A DNA stretch of 62,872 bases, the filler included, from Stramenopiles sp. TOSAG23-3 (Eukaryota), in assembly GCA_900128585.1 (NCBI GenBank). It is 4 parts of 4 records of this genome, joined end to end, with 100 filler letters (N's around TTAATTAATTAA, not from the genome) between each part and the next. Parts side by side here need not be neighbours in the genome. Positions count along the whole stretch, not along the records: positions 58,534 to 60,653 come from LT645054.1; positions 60,754 to 62,872 come from LT645055.1; 2 more parts are not named here. The stretch is one strand, 5' to 3'. A program made the translations under genes and the position numbers. Positions 58,621-62,872 of this stretch are shown here, one piece after another (position 1 is the first letter of the stretch; the number at the start of each line of letters is the position of its first letter). The notes below the pieces were generated by a model, which worked only from the letters and a program-made list of their open reading frames with translations, had not been told where the DNA came from and did no database searches.

Positions 58621-59295
58621 CCTTGTTTTCAAAATACATCTCAGAGCATTATTAAAAAAAGGCATTATAAGAATAATAGAAGAATAAAATACTAAAAAGG
58701 TTTATAGAACGTCTAATATAATATATAAATAAAACATCCAGTTCTTCATAGTATTATGACTTTTTTTCAATTGATGTAGTTGTAGTATAATTTTAGTAGT
58801 GTCTCTATCAGGAGGTAAGTAGTAATTCATTCTCCAAGTTGAACCTTTAATACGACCACCCAACGGCACATCATCATATCTTTCTTCTTCTTCTTCCTTT
58901 TTTTAATTATTATTATTATTTTAAATTATTTATACATAAGAATACAATAGGGAGTTTCATTAAAAAAGAATAAATAATAAAAAAACAACAGAAGAATAAT
59001 AAAAAAAATAGATACACTTTTTTTTATCGATCAATTTTGATTGAAAAAATTGTATAATATATCACAATGAAAAGTTAAAGAAATGAGAGACAAAAGAAAA
59101 GAAAAAGAAAAAAAAAAAAGGGCAAGGAACAACCATTCACTTCCATCTCTCTACCCCCCGCGCGAGTTTTTAATCAACGACGGACCGTTGTTGTTGGTTT
59201 GACACGGGACACGCAGGCCAGGCACACCGTTTTTGTTTTTGTGGTAAGGGAGATTTCTATTCCAGTCTTTTACCGCCACCGTCAACACCTTCATC

Positions 59296-60576
59296 ATGGC
59301 GGAAGATATGGACGTCGACATCTACGACGACCCGATGGATACCGCAGCGGCAGAAGCGGCGGTCATGACGCAGATGAAGAACGTCAGGAAGTACCACACG
59401 TTCAAGCTGGCCGGGAACGATTTTGAAGTGGACGTGCGGTACACGGACCTCAAGCCGGTGGGGGGAGGCAGCTACGGGCTGGTATGCTCCGCGCACGACA
59501 TGGTGACGGGGAAGAAGGTCGCGATCAAAAAAGTGACGGACACGTTTCAGGACCTCATCGACGCGAAGCGCATCATGAGGGAGATCAAGCTGCTGATGCT
59601 CCTGGGAGACCACGAGAACGTCATCGGGCTGACGGACATCATGGTGGCGCCCGCGCTCACCCAGGACTTTAGGGACGTGTACATAGTCTGCGAGCTGATG
59701 GAGTGCGATTTGGACAGGATCGTCAGCAGCTCGCAGCCCCTGACGGACGCACACGCGCAGTACTTTGTCTACCAAATAATCCGCGGCTTGCTCTACATAC
59801 ACTCCGCGAACGTGCTCCACCGCGACCTCAAACCGTCCAACCTCCTGGTCAACTCGAACTGCGACCTGTCCATCTGCGATTTCGGCCTCGCGCGCGGCGT
59901 TGCGGACGACGAGACGCTGACGGAGTACGTCGTGACGCGCTGGTACCGCGCGCCGGAGCTCCTCACGGAGGCACAGTACTACGGCCCCGCCGTCGACGTG
60001 TGGAGCGTGGGCTGCATCATGGCGGAGCTGCTCGGCCGAAAGCCGCTGTTCCAAGGCAAGGACTACATGCACCAGCTGCAGGTCATCATAGACGTCTTGG
60101 GGACCCCGTCGGAGGAGAGCTTGGCTTTCGTCACGAACAGCATGGCGAAGCGCGCGATCAAGGAGCTCCCCCAGCGCGAGAAGAAAAGTTTTTCCGACAT
60201 GTTCCCAAACAGCAACGCCCAAGCGGTCGATTTGCTGGAGCGAATGTTGGTTTTTGATCCTAGGGAAAGGTGCACGGTGGGCGAGGCGCTCGCGCACCCG
60301 TATTTCAAAGCGCTCCACGACGCCAACGAGGAGCCCGAGTGCAAAGTGAAGTTCAGCATACCCATCGAGCGGCAATTTCGCGACGGGGAGATACCGAAAG
60401 AGATATTGCAGCAGGAAATATACAACGATATGCTCCTGCTGCACCCAGAAGAGAAGGGCATTGATCGGTTCGGAGGGGGCGGGAAGAGGAGTTCAAACGG
60501 CAGCCCTGGCGGCGGGGACGTCACCATGGGAACCCCCCTCAGCCGCAGGCGCAGTTCCTCGTCTCGACGAAAGTGA
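59296..60576 (+). CDS. Mitogen-activated protein kinase, TEY type
   Basis: GGGSYGLV, VAIKK, HRDLKPSN, DFGLAR, TEYVVTRWYRAPE, common-docking-like LHDANEEP. Confidence 0.97.
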   Translation: MAEDMDVDIYDDPMDTAAAEAAVMTQMKNVRKYHTFKLAGNDFEVDVRYTDLKPVGGGSYGLVCSAHDMVTGKKVAIKKVTDTFQDLIDAKRIMREIKLLMLLGDHENVIGLTDIMVAPALTQDFRDVYIVCELMECDLDRIVSSSQPLTDAHAQYFVYQIIRGLLYIHSANVLHRDLKPSNLLVNSNCDLSICDFGLARGVADDETLTEYVVTRWYRAPELLTEAQYYGPAVDVWSVGCIMAELLGRKPLFQGKDYMHQLQVIIDVLGTPSEESLAFVTNSMAKRAIKELPQREKKSFSDMFPNSNAQAVDLLERMLVFDPRERCTVGEALAHPYFKALHDANEEPECKVKFSIPIERQFRDGEIPKEILQQEIYNDMLLLHPEEKGIDRFGGGGKRSSNGSPGGGDVTMGTPLSRRRSSSSRRK

Positions 60577-60653
60577 ACCCAGCTTGCCGCCCCGTTATGC
60601 ACGTTGTTGGTACGTGCGCACGTTCCCCCTTCACCCGTTTTTCTTCAAAAGGG

Positions 60654-60753
60654 NNNNNNNNNNNNNNNNNNNNNNNNNNNNNNNNNNNNNNNNNNNNTTA
60701 ATTAATTAANNNNNNNNNNNNNNNNNNNNNNNNNNNNNNNNNNNNNNNNNNNN
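60654..60753. other. Artificial contig-joining linker
   Basis: N44-TTAATTAATTAA-N44. Confidence 0.98.
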
Positions 60754-60854
60754 CTCGTAGTTAAGACTGGGAAAGATAGTTGAGCGTCTTTCGATTTTTG
60801 AAGTACAGTAGTAGGATCGTTCCTTCCGTCCTATCCTACTAGTAGTACTACGTA

Positions 60855-61718
60855 ATGTCCTTGATGGAGAGGGACCCACGTATCGACAAGTTAGGGAATG
60901 ACCTTGCCGCGGTGAGGAATGATTTGGGCAAGGTGAAAGGGTTGGGGGCGTTTAGAGAGGAAGAGCACATGCGTATAACTTCATCGTTGCAAAGTGTTAG
61001 GGAAGACGCCACCGCCTTACGGAGCATTACGTCAAATATGCAGGAGACAATTAACGAACGCCCCACGCGGACAGAGTTGAAAACTTCCATCGACGCCATT
61101 TTTGAACCCTTTCGCGCGGAGGTGTCGACTCGCCTGGATATTCTTGACCAGTCCATAAAAAACATTAGCAGCGATTTAACCCGTTCAGAGAAACGGTGGG
61201 AAACGGCGCACGCGGAACTGGTGCAGTCGGCAGCCTCCAAGGTGCCGTTGCCACAGGCAAACGCCTCGGGATTTGGCGGAGGCGGGAGTATGGAGGTAGA
61301 CCGAATAGTGGAGCAGGTGGAAGCCCGTCTGTTCCGACGGATTGAAAAGATGGTGAATGACCGGGTAGAATTAGCAAAGTTGCGCATGGAGGGAAAGATT
61401 ATGAAGAAAATAGACGTGTTGACAGATCAAATTAGAGGGGATGTAAAGAAGGTCCAGCACAAGGGGTTGCTGGACGAGCAGGCGTTCGTGGATGAGCAAC
61501 AGAAGAAGCAAATTGAGTCCATGCTTTCGAACCGGACCATGGACCAGGCAAAATTAGAAGCGGGCATGAAACAGGTTGGGAGTGAGCAAAAACTGATGCA
61601 GAACTCGTTGATCTCGTTGCGCACCCAAGTCCGCGCGCTCGCTCGTGTGGTCACCGGGCTGCGGGGCGAAGTGACCACAATGCAGGAAGAACGCCCGAAA
61701 GGTGGACCGGGCCTGTAA
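60855..61718 (+). CDS. Hypothetical coiled-coil protein (5' end uncertain)
   Basis: 287-aa ORF with heptad-like composition; GC drops sharply after the stop. Confidence 0.7.
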   Translation: MSLMERDPRIDKLGNDLAAVRNDLGKVKGLGAFREEEHMRITSSLQSVREDATALRSITSNMQETINERPTRTELKTSIDAIFEPFRAEVSTRLDILDQSIKNISSDLTRSEKRWETAHAELVQSAASKVPLPQANASGFGGGGSMEVDRIVEQVEARLFRRIEKMVNDRVELAKLRMEGKIMKKIDVLTDQIRGDVKKVQHKGLLDEQAFVDEQQKKQIESMLSNRTMDQAKLEAGMKQVGSEQKLMQNSLISLRTQVRALARVVTGLRGEVTTMQEERPKGGPGL

Positions 61719-61835
61719 GGTTGGTCAACTTTTGCAGACAACATTTTTTTCAAGGTTATGTTTACAGAGAACTTATCATCTGGTATTTTTAGTAAAGGTA
61801 CCATAGTTAATAGGATCATCTTTTTTACTAAAACT

Positions 61836-61877
61836 TTAAAAAACAAGAAAATTGGCTAATAGTAATTAAATTTAGCT
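61836..61877 (-). repeat. Dispersed AT-rich element, copy 3
   Basis: Reverse complement AGCTAAATTTAATTACTATTAGCCAATTTTCTTGTTTTTTAA matches 17948-17993 with a short internal deletion. Confidence 0.8.
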
Positions 61878-61936
61878 AACTAAACTTTAACAACAAATTA
61901 TATTAAAATGGTAAATGCTAAATTGTAATATATAAC

Positions 61937-62053
61937 TTTTGTTTTTTTATATATTGGGTATACAAGTTAGGATATTATATTGTACAACATACTATATATT
62001 TTGTTTTTTTATATTGGGTATACTATATATTTTGTTTTTTATATTGGGTGTAC
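61937..62053. repeat. Imperfect repeats of TTTTGTTTTTTATATTGGGTATAC, 3 copies
   Basis: Directly visible between the convergent genes. Confidence 0.8.
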
Positions 62054-62060
62054 GATATAC

Positions 62061-62872
62061 TCATGTCTCGGTGGGGGCCGGCGTGTTGGCAGGTTCCTTC
62101 TGGGCTTGGTTTGGGATCCCGGCCGCATAGTTGGGGCGATTCGTAATCATGCCGTTCATCATGCTCATCATCATTGGGTTGCCCATCATGGACGACCCCG
62201 CCCCAGAGGCCGCCATCATTGCCCTTGGAGACGGCATGCCGTTTATCGTGTTCCCGATGTTGCCTTGCTGAATCGATACTTGCAACAGGTCAGCAAACGC
62301 GTTCAACGCCGTGGACATCGCTTCAAACTGGGATTGGACTTCCTGCGTCTGCATGTCCCTATCGTTTGTCATTCGCATAACCTCCTTTCGAAGTTCTTCC
62401 TCCAGAAGCTTGGAGTGCTTGGCCGTCGCCCCCAACTCCCTCCCCATGTTGCTGAGCCCGTCGGACAACGTGGCCTTTAGCCGGTTCTGTTGCTTCAACG
62501 ACACCCGGAGGGCGCCCCGAATGGACTCGTTGTTTTCTCTAACTTCCCTCAGCAGGTCTTCGAACTTGTTCTCCACCGTGGAGGTGTCTGCTTCGTGCTG
62601 CGCCTCAATTATTTCCGCGAGTGCCACCAGCCGCTTCTGTGTATCAGCCTGCAGCTTACTGTGGTCGTCCCGCATGACGGCCGCGTCGTCCGCGAGGGCC
62701 GCAATATCCTGCGCCAGGGCCGCCGCCGCCCCGGACACGGCGTCGCGGGACTTGTCGATGTCTTCCCTCATGATCAAACTATCTTCTTTCATTTCCCGCA
62801 CCCACCGGTCCGCGTTGGCAGCCATGGATGCAGTCCCTTCTAATTTTCCTGACATGGAGACGTATTTCTGTT
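62061..62872 (-). CDS. Hypothetical coiled-coil protein with Met/Pro/Asn-rich tail, probably 5'-truncated
   Basis: Frame is open to the window end; heptad-like composition. Confidence 0.7.
   Translation of the reverse strand, partial: QKYVSMSGKLEGTASMAANADRWVREMKEDSLIMREDIDKSRDAVSGAAAALAQDIAALADDAAVMRDDHSKLQADTQKRLVALAEIIEAQHEADTSTVENKFEDLLREVRENNESIRGALRVSLKQQNRLKATLSDGLSNMGRELGATAKHSKLLEEELRKEVMRMTNDRDMQTQEVQSQFEAMSTALNAFADLLQVSIQQGNIGNTINGMPSPRAMMAASGAGSSMMGNPMMMSMMNGMITNRPNYAAGIPNQAQKEPANTPAPTET

Overview
Eukaryotic nuclear DNA from an intron-poor flagellated protist, probably a stramenopile-type heterotroph (inferred from gene style, not proven). The window is not contiguous: four contigs (1-29219, 29320-58433, 58534-60653, 60754-62872) are joined by identical artificial 100-nt linkers (N44-TTAATTAATTAA-N44). 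Contig 1 has moderately GC-rich CDSs between AT-rich, microsatellite-rich spacers. It encodes G-alpha, a spliced Ras-family GTPase, mitoribosomal mL53, a SAM methyltransferase with a Z-alpha-like insert, enkurin, NDUFV1, a temptin/Myb-like chimera, CFAP161-calcyphosin, a frameshifted SHIPPO-repeat gene, CAP-MABP-CCDC96, two small probably mitochondrial genes overlapping at ATGA, and a truncated AAA+ ATPase. Contig 2 is very AT-rich and encodes eIF3h, spliced AKTIP, a 3beta-HSD-like SDR, a ~2340-aa secreted Cys-rich protein broken twice at the same repeat position, an orphan, a ~2675-aa multipass ankyrin/EF-hand membrane protein, a PNPOx-like protein, SMYD5-like and a truncated YTP1/TMEM45-like gene. 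Contig 3 carries a TEY MAP kinase; contig 4 carries two convergent coiled-coil genes. Best leads: the ATGA stop-start gene pair, the two giant surface/secreted proteins, the Z-alpha-like methyltransferase and a dispersed 3' element. All family assignments are by-eye motif recognition; no searches were run. No tRNA, rRNA, CRISPR or transposase was recognised.
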